From the NCBI GenBank assembly GCA_964106915.2, contig OZ066915.1: 64,000 nt of DNA; one strand, given 5' to 3'. The notes beneath the pieces were generated by a model. The model saw nothing but the letters and a program-made list of their open reading frames with translations, was not told the origin of the DNA and searched no databases. The translations under genes and the position numbers were made by a program. Positions 13,170-26,004 of this stretch are shown in pieces. The number at the start of each line of letters is the position of its first letter. Positions within the stretch are counted from its first letter, which is position 1. This DNA is from Podarcis gaigeae. Taxonomy: Eukaryota.

Positions 13170-14760
13170 CATGGTGTCGTGCCGCTCTTTGCTCTGTCCC
13201 CCTCATAAGGGACACGCCGCCATAGCAGTTCAGGCAACTGACACTCGAGCTGTCCTGCCCCCTCGGTATTTAAATTCCGATGCCGCAGCTTGAAGACGTG
13301 GGGAGGGGAGACTTATCCATAACAAGGCGCTGTAAAATGGTAGTCGTTGTGCCTCCTGAGCTTCCGTAGCCCGTCATATTGGGAAGAACTTGAATTCCTT
13401 CCAGTTTATCTCGTTGATTATTCCCCCGCCCTCGGTCCACCCCCGCGAGAGAGAGAGACGAACTAAGCTGCTCTCTTTCTGACCAATAGGAGCAGCTGAT
13501 TGGTCCCGCCTCCTGAAAGGTGCGCAACAAGAGAAAGCGGACGCGCTGCATACTTGGGGACAATGAGTACAAATTAGTGCCCGCCGTTGCGCCGCTCCTC
13601 ATGAGTGATAACCGCTTAGACCCAATGACCTCTTGGAAATCTCTAGCTGGTGCTGTTATTCGCTGACGGAACATGATTGGCATCCGCAATTGCCTTATAG
13701 GTTAACCGAAGTGGTTCTGATCGATGCCTCCCGCCTCTAATGAAATACGAGGGCTCTAGGCCTCTGCTCCCAATAGCGTGCGAGGGGGGGCGGAACTAAC
13801 CGCAGTAACCGCCAATGGCTGACCGGCTAGGTGAGCGAGCGCGGCCAACAGTGTCGGGAGGCGGGGCTAGCAAGCTGCCGTTGCCGTCTGGCGCAGAAGG
13901 TAACGGGTGTGAGGAGTGTGGTTTTGTAGTGGAGCCGCCACCGCCATCATGAGCTATTCAGGTGAGCGTCGGGGGCCGGGTGAGGGGGGGGGGGGGAGAG
14001 AGAGGGCGGCCGCCTGTCGGGCGTGAGGGGGGGGCGGGTTCCTCCCACCCACCGCGAGTGGGCCAAAGGGAGCGCAGGGCCCGGCCCTGTGTCAACATCT
14101 CGGGGGGTGGGGTCACCAGCGCTGTCTTTCCCTTCTCTCCTGGCAACGCTGTGCTGACCCCCGTTCCCCGCGGGGGTGGGTTGCTGAGGTCTTTGCCAGG
14201 CGTTGTTTTCCCGTTGCTCCCGCCAAATAAAGAAATGGCGCGTGGGGGGCGGGGAGGTTCTTGGACGGTTTCAGGCTGTGCGCGCAGGGTGCGCCGCCCT
14301 CCTCAGCCGCCCGCCCCTCGTTGTGCGAATGGGATCGGGGAAAGGTGAATGTCAGCATTGCTCCTCTGCGCCCGCCGCCTCAGAATCGGGGTGGGAGGGA
14401 AGGAAGGAGGGATGAATCTTTGCGTCTCTGCCGTCTTTGCACACGCGCACCCCACTGCTTGGTATCTGCGAGCGGTTATAATAGGAGTGGGTGTGGGAAG
14501 GTGGCGCAGGAAGAAAAAAAAGGGGGGAACCTTCCCCCGTGTCCGATCGGTTATGGCTTCCCTTGGAATAACTGCCATTGTTTCCCCCTTGCTGAACCAC
14601 CAACTAACACTCTTTGGGATTTAGAAAGGCTGTTTGCCAAAGAGGAGTTGCTTTCTAAATAAAATAAAATAAAAACGCGAACGTGGCATGTCCCCTTGAA
14701 TCCTAGCTGCCCGCTGTTCGTTTAGGTTTATGCATGCGCGATGTTATACGGCTATCAGAA
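13170..14760 (+). promoter_or_regulatory. CpG-island promoter, first exon and 5' intron of AKAP8L
   Basis: High CpG density; CCAAT boxes at 13483, 13499(rc), 13622, 13676(rc), 13770, 13812; GC boxes near 13787 and 13859; Kozak gccgccaccgccatcATG at 13949. Confidence 0.88.
13949..13961 (+). CDS. AKAP8L: AKAP8L coding exon 1 (MSYS-G)
   Basis: ATG in Kozak context, CAG|gtgagc donor. Confidence 0.9.
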
Positions 14761-15908
14761 CTTGCGGTGTCAACATTTGCCTTTCTAGCCCTTTGGTTAT
14801 GTAAGTGTGGAACCAAATCTATTTCATAAAATATGAGGTAGTCTCTTCATTATCAGTATGGTTGCCCAGCTACAGATGGAATTATATGCAATTAAAATAG
14901 TCCGGCACCTGGGCCCCAAGTGCGTGTTAGTGCATACTGAAGACAAACCTGACTGATTTTTGTCTGAAAACTTAAAAAAGCAAACCCAAACAGTTTGCTG
15001 GCTGCTTTGGACAGCTTTGGTGCACTTAGAAGTGATATAAATTATTCCATGGATCAATTCCTAATTCCCATATGTGACAGATGCAGGTGGTATTCATTCC
15101 CTCAGCATGGTCAATATTTTTCTCAGTCATTAATATTCCTATCAAAGGTAAAGGTAAAAATAGAGTATGGAGTTCTCTCTTAAAGGTAGTTCTTAACCCT
15201 TACCACCCACATAAGATAGTAGCTTCTCCCAGTTCTCACCTGAGATCTTTCCTTTCTCCTCCCAGCCTCTCACTCTGGGAGACCAACATTTCCCTGATCA
15301 ATGTTTTTCTAACTAACCTCAATTAGTCATATTTTTGGCTTCAAATGTTTGAGTAGGGACTTGATACTGGAATGTGAGAAGCATGGGTTCTGTCCAGCTG
15401 CATGTCTGGAGTTCTACTTGCACATGGGACTTCCTCTCCCTCCACATCTTCAATATCTAGAGCATCCTCTGGAGGAGGTTCTGAGGGTGGGGGGATTGCA
15501 GGGGGGAGGAGGGGGAAGTTCTGGTGTGCAAGCAGAAGTCTACTATGCTAGTGAAATAGCAGTACTGGAAATACTGTAATACTATATTTCTGTGAAGTTT
15601 TGACACATTATCTTTGTTATGAAATAAAGATACTTTAGATTTTAATGATATGCCTAATTTGATGATCATCTGAGGAGTTAATCACTCCTATTTTGATTTC
15701 AAATGGGTTAAGATAGTTAAATGGAAAATGTTATTAGTGAGCAAGGTGCCAGGCTTACTTTGCACCAGGAATTGAACACTAGGAATACAAATGGGTGAAA
15801 GCATATGTAGTGTGCTTCTCACTGTGAACAGAGTGCTCCTGAGTAAAAGCAGTCATCCCCTTACTTGAACAAATTAAGATTGTGGGCAAAAATGCTGAGC
15901 CACAATCA

Positions 15909-15934
15909 CATACATACATACATACATACATACA
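15909..15934. repeat. (CATA)n microsatellite
   Basis: Tandem cata units seen directly. Confidence 0.9.
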
Positions 15935-17904
15935 TCAAGTAAAGTCCATTGAACTCAATAGGTTTCTGAGATGTGCACTGTTAGTGGTCGTTTGTAGTGG
16001 CTATACAAGTTACTTGTACTGATTCTGATGTACTATAGGAGTTGTATTCTGTGTCCGCTAAATGGCTACAAAAGTTCTTGTGCCTCACAATATTGCTGTG
16101 TCTTCTGGACAAGCGCAGGTCCCTTAAGGTCTAATTCATCTTTCAGTAAATATATTTTTGATTAATTATACAAATCTAGTTGCTTAGAATTGGTGTATTT
16201 TTCATCTTTAGTAAAAGGACTGTGTGCTAGGTTTCAGAGGACTACTGTTCTGGTACTAGTTCAACCTCTTTATAGGAGATTGTAGCAGTGATACATGCTT
16301 TACAGCTAGCCGTTGTAACTCTTTGCTCCTTGTGGACTTTGATTCCTTTTAGAAGGGTAGTGTTGGAGTTAAAAGGCCTTAAGAAGCAGAGTTCTGAATT
16401 AGTACCTAAATAGTAGTTATTGCTGCTTCAAGGTCAGTGCATTTTCATTTATAGTCTTGGTTTATGGAGAAGAGGGTGTCTGTTTATGTGCTCCTTCACA
16501 CCTTCTGTGGGAATTCCCTATTATCCCCTTTTACCACGGTTCACTGTTATGTGATTGTTAGTGATTCTGCTAATGGATGTTCCAAGGAACTGTTAGGCGC
16601 TCCCTTAGTAACAGTTACAAAAAATAAATGAGGGTAGAGAAGGGATGATGTGTGAGATGGGAGAGACAAGGAGCATGTGATCCTGTGGCCTACTCCTGAT
16701 CTCTAAACTATAGTTGTATGTTACATATATACTGGCCTACAAATGATTACTCACTCCCTAATATTCCAAGCTAATGTAAATTAGCAATAATCCTTTTCTT
16801 ATTTACTTCTGGTCAGAGTGCTTTGAAATGGAGATTTCACTGGATGCAGCTGAACTTGTAATCCTTATGCTATTGATTTAAACAGGATTGATTCATGACA
16901 TTATCATTGAGCCTATTTTTGTCTGTGTAGTAGTCCCCACCATTCGGGCAGGTGAAGCAGGTCTGAAGGGGATATTGATATATATTTTCAGCAATGTCCT
17001 TATGAAAAGCTAAGTAATTCTGTCTGAGCCTTACTTTTATCAGACTACAATAAAGTAACTAAAAACAATTATCCTAGTGTTGTGCCAGTTTGAGAATTTT
17101 CATGCACCTGGGTATATGTGTGCTGAGTATATGTGTAAGAGATTCATGACAGAAATGAAAGAGAAACTTTTAGATAAAGTTGGAATACTGAGAGCAATGT
17201 TGACAGGAGGCTGAGGGATGAAAAATGTGCATTTTAAATGGCTTAAACAACATTTTATTAATTGATAGTTTTTTAATTTAATAAGCTATAAATTGAAAAA
17301 TGAGATGCCATAGGTTACTAGTGGGATATATTCACAAGATGTTGCAGGCTGATAGGTCTCAATAGCTTTGTACTGTAATGTTTTTGCTCTGTATTGCTAA
17401 GGTATACAAACTTTGTTTGGATGCTTCTTGAACCTTCAGAAGTGCTGGATTCTTAGGATTCTGCTATCTCAACATACCATACCACCCTTTCTTACCCCCC
17501 CCCCCCAATGCTGTCTATAAACATAGCCTGGGTTTTCCTTTGAGCGGCAGTGCTTGCCATAGTTGTTCAAGTCTGTGTAACTCAAGGTTAGCCTATCATT
17601 ATTAGCAACAAGAGTACACACCAGATGAGAGGGTTCTACAAAATAATATTGTAGACTGCAGGTTAGACCATGGGCAGTGCAGATAGCACATTCCATCTGT
17701 CCACAGATCAAAAAAAGTCAATTACAAGCTGTCAAATGAAATGAAGTTAGGTTAATTTTTGTTAAACCTTTTTCTTGTGATTTAACTGTCATTCAATGAA
17801 TATTCATGCCCGGTCTGCTTAGTATTTTGAATAGTACTTTGGGTAGAATGATAATAACCTTATAACTAACATGATTTTTTACCTCTGGGGTATCTTCTTT
17901 CTAG

Positions 17905-17937
17905 GTTATGGAAACTGGAACTCTGGCACAAATAGAG
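17905..17937 (+). CDS. AKAP8L: AKAP8L coding exon 2 (GYGNWNSGTNR), GC donor
   Basis: tcttctttctag acceptor; matches mammalian GYGTWNSGTNR; donor GAG|gcaagt. Confidence 0.85.
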
Positions 17938-18321
17938 GCAAGTACCATAAAACCTTAGTTGACTGCCAATATGCATAACAGTTAAATCAAAAAGTAAATT
18001 CAGAACTAATGTTGAAATGTAACTGTTTTCACAGTTTTGGTGTATTTCCTCCTTTTAATATCTTCTGGCACTCATGCTCCTTTTATCCATCAATATCGTT
18101 AAGTCAGAGTTTATGTTACAGTTTCTGGCCCTGTCATTGAGACTACTGCGGATTCTTACTTATGGCTGATATTTGATCATCTGTATGTTTAATTTGGGCA
18201 TTAATTTATCTCCTTTCACCTCCTACATGGTAACAATCATATTCATGTTAACTCAGAAATAGCCCAATTACTTCATTGAGATTTATCACAAGAAATGTGC
18301 ATAGCATTATAGCCAAATTCC

Positions 18322-18368
<47 letters not shown>
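18322..18368. repeat. (GCTT)n microsatellite
   Basis: About 11 tandem gctt units. Confidence 0.95.
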
Positions 18369-19468
18369 AGCTAGCTCTTTTCCAAATGTTCAAAGAATAA
18401 CAAAGCATCATGAACTTTCATAGGAATTTAGATATTTCAGCTGCTATACTATATAGAGTTTGGGGGGAGTATGCCCCACTAAATTACGGTAAATGGGATT
18501 ACTTCCGAATAACCATATTTAGGATCACACTGTTAAGCTGTAATTGTATAAACAGCAGGAATTCAACCCCTTGGAACAGAATGGGACGATTTCCAGCAGA
18601 CATGTATAGGACGCAGTGTTAGTTTCAAATTATGAAGTGTGGGTATGGAGACAGTAACAATGGAGTATATAAATCATGGAAGGCATGCTGGGGATCCAGT
18701 TCTGCATTGTATTCTGCAGTGCAATTACTATTGTAAATGGCTTTGGGATGCCTGATGGGAAGCAATTCATAAATGAAATAAATTATAAGTAGTCAGTACT
18801 ATTAGCTTGAATAACTTTATTTTACTGGATGTGATGAATTTTCATTTCCACTCTTAATCAGTTTTAGTTCTAAATTTGTGTCCTTACAGTATTGTGTGAA
18901 GATGAAATATGGTGTCTTGCAATTAGGTTCTCTTCGTATTGTGCCACTTGCTAGAATTTTTTAAGTGATTTGAGAATATTTTATTGGCTATCTACAAATT
19001 CAGCAGATTTCTTATGTAAATGACTAATTGTAGATGCTGGGGTAGGTGCTAAGTGTCTCTCCTGAAAACTCCCCCCCCCCTTCCTAAAGAGAGGTGGATC
19101 CTTATCCAAGGTAAGATGTGCTGCTCATGGAGGCTGCCACCTTGGGCCTCTCTAGCAATCAGGATACACCTGACGGTATTGTTAATGGTGCTATAGTTGG
19201 AGGTAATACCAATGCTGTAGCAGCTGAGCCCTTTTGCAGATGAGATAAAAATGAAGGTTGACTTTAGCAAGAAATTTGCTATGTACTTTTTCCATAGGTA
19301 AGAAGTTTAATATTTGGTAGGAGTTCAGAAAATGTTTGTCCAGACATTTTAGACACAGCTATATCCTGAAGAGGAGCATTCTTGACGGTGATAATCTTGC
19401 ATTAGATGCTTATGTATGGCAGGCAATCTATGCTTACCAAAAAATTGAGTGACTGCTTCTCATTTCAG

Positions 19469-19706
19469 GTTACGAGGACTATAATTATGGATATGGATAC
19501 AGTCAGGATAACTCTGGCAATTATGGGTACGGTATGGCCACTTCAAACTCTTGGGAAATGCCTAATTCAGATACAGACATGAACTATAACGCATCCACTG
19601 GCACCAGTGCTGATGTAATAACAAAATTTAACAAGCGCTTAGATATGGTGTCTCATCTAGAAACTGACACGATGCAAGGAGGACATTATGGCTCAGGTGG
19701 AGACAG
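19469..19706 (+). CDS. AKAP8L: AKAP8L coding exon 3 (YG-rich; KFNKRLDMVSHLETD)
   Basis: catttcag acceptor, gtgagt donor; open frame with AKAP95-family RLDM motif. Confidence 0.92.
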
Positions 19707-19944
19707 GTGAGTGTAGAGACAAAGGTGAAAAGGTTCAGTAATAGTTATAGATCAGGGCAGTTTCTGAAAGACATGTTGATCTAACGTGCTGTTGCCTAAG
19801 AGCTGTTCCCTTTGTTCTCCGACTGATAGTATTGTTCTTTGCTTCATATCTTTGCTGTTGCTTATAGAGCTGGGGGGTGGGGAGGAGACAGAATTAGCCA
19901 AGTTGTACTTCCTCTGCCTTAGCTTTGAAAATAAGGTGCTTGTA

Positions 19945-20162
19945 CAGTGGTACCTCAGGTTACAGACGCTTCAGGTTACAGACTCCGCTAACCCAGAAAT
20001 AGTACCTCAGGTTAAGAACTTTGCTTCAGGATGAGAATGTAAATTGCACCACAGCGGCAGCAGGAGGCCCCATTAGCTAAAGTGGTACCTCAGGTTAAGA
20101 ACGGTTTCAGGTTAAGAACGGACCTCCAGAACGAATTAAGTTCTTAACCCAAGGTACCACTG
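19945..20162 (+). mobile_element. Tc1/mariner (Tigger/pogo-like) MITE, subfamily A
   Basis: TA|CAGTGGTACCT...AGGTACCACTG|TA; near-identical to 60196-60426. Confidence 0.9.
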
Positions 20163-22527
20163 TAAACATCTTTTAGTGAGGAAAGTTTGTTAATACTGTA
20201 ACAGTTGATAAATTAATTGTAATGAAATATTCTGAAAGAATAGCAGGTTTTAGAAATCTCATATAGTTTTGGATAGGTCACTATTTTCACAGAGTGTATG
20301 TAAGGTACCATCAATGTTAATGGGATATGTGTTTAGTTGGTTACAATAACTTAAGATTTTGCTCCAGCCAACTGAAACAGAAAATAAGTAGAGAATTCTG
20401 TAGAATCTTTTCTCAGTACATTTCTCATCCTTAGAAGTCATTAATAAATTGCTTAAGTTATTGTTCATACATAAGGAAGTTAACTTTGGATTGTTGAAGT
20501 GACTAGTGCTTATTGCTGTTAAGCAGGATATACGGTATAAAAATATGTCAGAAGTATTTGCTTCACACTTATACCTGAGATTTTAACAGTTTTAGAGACA
20601 TTGATTCCCAGACAGTTAGTGCACTTCACTAGAATGGCTATATTTAGGGTTTTATTGGTTGACAGTCCTGTTTCATGGATGCATTTCTAGAGGTCAGGTG
20701 AATGAACTATGTCTAAATAAATTGTATGTGTCATTCCCTCTGGGAAAGGTGTCAAGGGGTCACTGTATTATAACCCGTTTTGTGTACATTCATGCAGCTT
20801 AGTGGAATCAAAGCATAGTACTTAAACTGTAATGGGTAAATTACGCATAGCATTCTGTACTGCTTTTCTATGTGTTGTCACTGTTTGTTTACCAGGTTCT
20901 AAAAGTAGCTTACAGTATCATAGAGGATGTTAATATTTTTTATTTTAAAATACCTTCGCTACTCCTTAATATTTATCTTACTGATATTGTGTCAGTTTTT
21001 AATTTATGACATTTTCATAAAAATAGAAGATGCAGGAGATTTACAGAAATCCTTAAGGGATTACATAGTATCAAATGTGATTTTGGTAGTGTATGCTCTC
21101 TATTTGCACTCATTAAAACAGCATCTCTTGCCTAAGAAAGGTAATTGTTGTAGATAGTTTTGCCAAATAGTATTTCTGTGTTTAAACTACAGATTTCATG
21201 TGCTGGAAGAGTATAAAAGTTTAATCTCCCCTTTGCAGATACTGACTCAGGTTGTCAGGCTCTGCTGAAGTTGCAACCCTGTGCACATTTGGAAGCCAGT
21301 GTGATGCATCTCCCTATTTTCAGTTCTATCATACTAGGTGAATATTAACCCAGCACTGTTATTCTCACTTGAGAGCCTAGGTGAGCATTAGAGACTAAAT
21401 AGCAGGAAGTTGAAATAGATTTATATTTTGGAAAACAATTTCATAGAAGGCTCAGCTACAACAGTGAGTAGTGCTATGATATAAATTGGCACAAGATAGG
21501 GTTGATAGATGGAATATTTGAGCTTACCCTGATAGCTTTTAGAATGACACTTTTTGTTCAGAGTTAGTTTTTAAAGTCTCCTCCTCAGCCATTGTTTCCT
21601 TTCCATGTCCTTGCTTTCAGATCCTTGATACAAAGCTTGACCGTTGATTTTTGCACTTGTGCCCAGTACTGGTTTTATTAAGTGCAACATGACTTTGTTT
21701 TGGTCTGCCATAGCAATTGAAACAACATGCTTTCAGGAATAATGTGGATTTTGGCATTCAACTGCATCTTTGTCTCAGAGCCTCTGTACTGTTTTACATG
21801 CATAGTATGTAGCTTCAATTTAAAGTTCTTCTGCAGCTTATGGAACATTTTTGTGAAATTGTGCTGGTTCAAAGCTCTCCTTTATAGAAACAAGTCAACT
21901 TGTTTGTCTCAGCCACTCATTATAGTGAGCATAGAAAATGGAATTGTAAGGTGTACTCACATATTTTGCCTGCACTGAGCTTTCCTGCAGGCAAAATGTC
22001 ATGTATAAGCATCTCTTTAGTATATAGATGATTTCTGCTTTCTTTTCTTCTTACTAAAACCACTTTATTTTCCAAACTGCTAATAATTTGTGGGAACCGA
22101 CCTTGCATCCAGTGACTTCACTTGTTTTGCATAGCTGAACACCTGAAGTGATTGGAGTGTGAAACCAGTAAAAGGAAAAAAATTAAGAATTTGTATGACT
22201 CCCCGAAATTGAAAATATGTTTGTCAATCTGATCAGAGTGCTATGCTCTTTCTATGATTGACTGAGGCTAAACAGAACAAGAATTCTATGTAGCCTTATG
22301 TTGATTCCCCCTCTATGTCCTTCCCCACTGCTATAATGCCCGAGGGAATAATTCTCATACTGAGTTAAAACCTCAGTTGAGCTTTGTTATTACCTTGACT
22401 CTAGAACAATTATGAGAGGTTGTTTCCTTTAATGTGACCTGTTTTACTGCCATTTTTGGCAGACACTTTAACATGGTGCTCTATATGCTACTGATTAGAT
22501 TCCTTGCTTGCTGTGCAATTCTTGCAG

Positions 22528-22987
22528 GTATGATACATATGAGTCCTACGACTCAAGGCCTTCACTAAACGACCGTGATCTGTACAGATCCGGCTATGAT
22601 TACAGTGAAGCTGAACATGACACCGACAATGCCTATGAAGGCCACTATGACAACTCCTATGGGAACCGCAGGGACCAGTACCACAACAGAGCACGTGACA
22701 ACTTTGGCCACCGGGGTCAGAACTGGGCCAGAGACAGGCGAAATAACAGACCCATGGCTTCTGCATATTCTGGGCGCATGGGCGGACAGTGGAATGAACC
22801 GCCAGTGCCAATGGGAGGACGGGGCCATGGCCCCAATAGGCCCCCATCCCTTTTCTCCCACAAACTATTCCCTGAATACAACATGTTCCAGGGAATGCGA
22901 AGTTTCTCTGGCAACATGCGCTTTGGAGGAGGCGGCATGAAACAACGAATGAGGAGAAACTGGAAAATGTGGGATGCAGATTTTAAA
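22528..22987 (+). CDS. AKAP8L: AKAP8L coding exon 4
   Basis: cttgcag acceptor, gtaagt donor; ORF 22508..23065 (YESYDSR...PPSLFS...WKMWDADFK). Confidence 0.93.
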
Positions 22988-23447
22988 GTAAGTACCTATG
23001 TGATCTTCTCCCACCTGTTTTCTGCCCCATTTTTAGGGACATTGCCCAGCAAGAGAACTGCCTAGAACTGAGTGCAAAGGAGTCTGTTTTGTAATTTAAA
23101 CTGTTTTATTATAGGGAACATTTTCCTTCTCTGTCTCTTACATCTGCTTGGCACATCTTTATTTTAAACTGTTCTTTAGGAATCTCATTGTCTTCAGTAT
23201 GCTGCCTTAACACCAAAAAGATTAATCACTGGATTTTAGTCATATCTAGGAAGTGTGACCTGGGATTCATTCGTTCGTTTCTTATAAAATAGGTCAGGTC
23301 TTAGGTGTGCATGTCTGTACCTGTTGAAATGAGTTTTCTTGAGTGTAGAGAACATAAAATGTGAATGAATGAACATTTCTTGGTTGGTGATAAGAGAACT
23401 TTTAGACTGTGCATGTGAGTAAAAACAGTCTTTTCTTTAATTCATAG

Positions 23448-23565
23448 AAAAAAAGAATAAAGAATGAGCCTACTGCTAATAAACGAAAACAGGCTAACAG
23501 TTCTGATGAGCCTGACAGTAAGGCAGCAAAAACTGATGGCTCTGACAACTCTGACTCTGATAATG
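23448..23565 (+). CDS. AKAP8L: AKAP8L coding exon 5 (NLS-like KKRIK...KRKQ; EPDSKAAKTDGSDNSDSDN)
   Basis: ttcatag acceptor, gtaaga donor; homology to mammalian DEPDSKATRTDCSDNSDSDN. Confidence 0.9.
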
Positions 23566-24283
23566 GTAAGAGCAAATCACTGAAGCCTCCTGCCTTGTCT
23601 TCTTTTCATTGCACCTTAGTTTGCCAATATTGAAACATTAAAAAAATAAAATTAAAAACTTTATTTAAACTGAAAGAAACCAATGATTACAGGAATATAA
23701 TATAAAAGTAAGCTTCACATCATACTTTGGTTGTTCAGGAAAAGGATGCATCAAGACAACCAGATTTCCCTCATCAGTGCAGGCAGACAACTTTGTGCAC
23801 CAGTACTAAGAATATAAGAAATAAAGTCCTTCCACATAGCATATAATTTTCAGGGTCTTCTGAGCCATTAGAGACCTTTAAATAGTGGGTAATCTCTGAA
23901 ATTGCTGTTTGTCCTTATACATTTGTATCAAATGGTGTTTTCCACCATTGTGTTATTAAGATTCTGATTGCAGCCCCAGCGTCCATGTTAGCAGGTCTTT
24001 TGAGCATGAATTACAGAAGCATCCTAGATATTTAACTGAGAAACTCGGTGGGGCCATTACAATAACACTTTCACATATATTGGAATCTCCCTATAAATGT
24101 TAGTCCAAAATTTAGAAACCAGTGGGCATTCCCACCAGAGATGAATAAAGGTGCCTCTGCCCCACACACAAGCGATCTAGCAAGAGTCCAGATATTCTAG
24201 AAATCTGTATCAGTGTCTGATGCCATGTATGCTGTTTTTTTATTAATGTTCATTAAAACAAAACTTTTTGTGAAATATTTCAG

Positions 24284-24372
24284 GCCTGCAACCCTATACC
24301 CACTTACCTGGGAGCAAATATAATTGAACTCAGTAGAACTTGCTTCTGAGAAGTCATATATAGGGTTGCACT
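24284..24372. mobile_element. Short (about 85 bp) palindromic miniature element
   Basis: tgcaaccctatac...tatagggttgca inverted ends around an attgaactcagt core; degenerate relatives near 15900-15980, 18230-18310, 18440-18620, 51715-51790 and split around 36771-36977. Confidence 0.6.
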
Positions 24373-24424
24373 GTTACAGTCATTTTATAGTCTGTATAGT
24401 TACTTGATATGTTGTTCTTTTCAG

Positions 24425-24468
24425 AAGAGGGCCCTGAAGGAGAAGCTACTGAGAAGGGTTCTAAAAAT
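24425..24468 (+). CDS. AKAP8L: AKAP8L coding exon 6 (EEGPEGEATEKGSKN)
   Basis: ttctttttcag acceptor (NAGNAG cagaag), gtgagt donor. Confidence 0.85.
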
Positions 24469-25329
24469 GTGAGTCTGAATTTAGTCTTGCTACAAATACA
24501 AAGATTTATAATCCCAGTGTCTTATACATATATGATAGGAACAAGAGTTACAAATGACGTCCTGCCATGCTTGCCTTTCTGTTTAGGGAGAGACCATGTA
24601 CAGTTCCTTTTTTCTGTTGTTCAGAAACCAGAGGCTAGTGTGACTAGGTGATGAATGAATGTTTAAAGAGCAAAGCTGACTCAAGGCATTGGTGCCCGAG
24701 GTGAACACAAGCTCATTCCTCAGCCTCACTACAATAAGTAGTATAATAATTTAAATTGTTGATAATTGGCTCTCCTTTAATGATTCTCATGATATGTAGA
24801 CTGGGGTAACTCATTCACTTTGCTTTTTGTCAGGTCTGACACTGAGAAGACATACTTGGTGTTTTTTCAGTTATTTATTGAAGATTTAACGTATAGATCT
24901 ATTACAAAATACATCTGTTCCAAATAATCTATTATGTTGGGCTCAGATATAGGATGGACAGAAAGTGTTAGTGTGCAAATAGAGCGTGAACCCTATACAG
25001 ATTGCATTGCTGGCTATTCATTGTAGGTGATTGGGATTGTGCCAGCTGACTGCTCCCATCTGATGTTAGTGCATGTTAAAGTTGGGTTTTGTGTGCATAT
25101 AGCTCAATATATGTAGGTCTGATTTGTGTAAATTGTGTTCCCCAAATGTGAGAGATCAGATCTGGCCTGCATGCATAAGGCCTCCTACTGTAATATGGCA
25201 TTCCTTGCCCTGGTGTCAGGCAGATGTAGTGATAGGATGGATGCAGCAAAAGGGGGTTAGGCCAGCTGACACAATTCCCCACCTTTTAGGTATGTTTGTG
25301 TATGGCTAAGAACTTATGAAGGCATAGAA

Positions 25330-25456
25330 CAGGAATGGCCCTCCAGATATTGGTGGACTACAACTTACATCATCTCTGACCATTAGCCATGTGCCCTGGG
25401 GCTGATGGGATTTAAAGTGCAACAACGTTAGAAGAGCCAAAGGTTCCTTACCTCTG
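25330..25456. mobile_element. Degenerate hAT MITE (same family as 50433-50568)
   Basis: ggccctccagat...actacaact..catcat..ctgaccat...gctgatggga; imperfect 8-bp flanks gcatagaa/gcttagag. Confidence 0.65.
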
Positions 25457-25891
25457 GCTTAGAGTTTGAGCATAGAGTTATAGTTTGATCAGTGCAGAAC
25501 TGAGCAGAGTTCTATTTCAGTCCATACTATCCAAATGTAGTTAGTGTCAATTTTTCAAATTTTAATTGCAGTTCTTAGGATTTTGAGAGGTTTCTTAGAA
25601 CATGAAATTCTTAAACAAATTCTGATGCAGCTACGGGTTTTTTCATTGCTCATTGTTGCAGAGAATTTAAAGGATGCTCACAATCACAGTCTACTATATT
25701 GATGTTTCTAGTAAATGGTAATTTTGTACTGTGGTTATGAACAGTGGCTGTTTTTTTGTCTAAGCCCCAAATCATCTTGGTAGCTAGCAGCACTCCTGAT
25801 TACTTGATGTAAAGGTTATTTCTACATGTGTTGTTACCTTGCCTGTAAGCAAGTGCAGCTCTATGCTTCAGTGTCTTTAATTACATTTTAG

Positions 25892-25946
25892 GAGGGAGAG
25901 GGAGAAGGAGGTGAAGATGAGGAAAGAAAAGGAGACTCTGAGAAAG
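25892..25946 (+). CDS. AKAP8L: AKAP8L coding exon 7 (EGEGEGGEDEERKGDSEK)
   Basis: cattttag acceptor, gtaagt donor; phases fit both neighbours. Confidence 0.85.
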
Positions 25947-26004
25947 GTAAGTTCAAATGTACATGCATTAGGGTACTTCTGGTGATTATGTTATTTTTTG
26001 TGAC

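Noticed and set aside
24645-24690. TGATGA...CTGA pairs as C/D snoRNAs (also near 46428)
   Set aside because: Spacing is too short, with no terminal stem or recognisable rRNA guide
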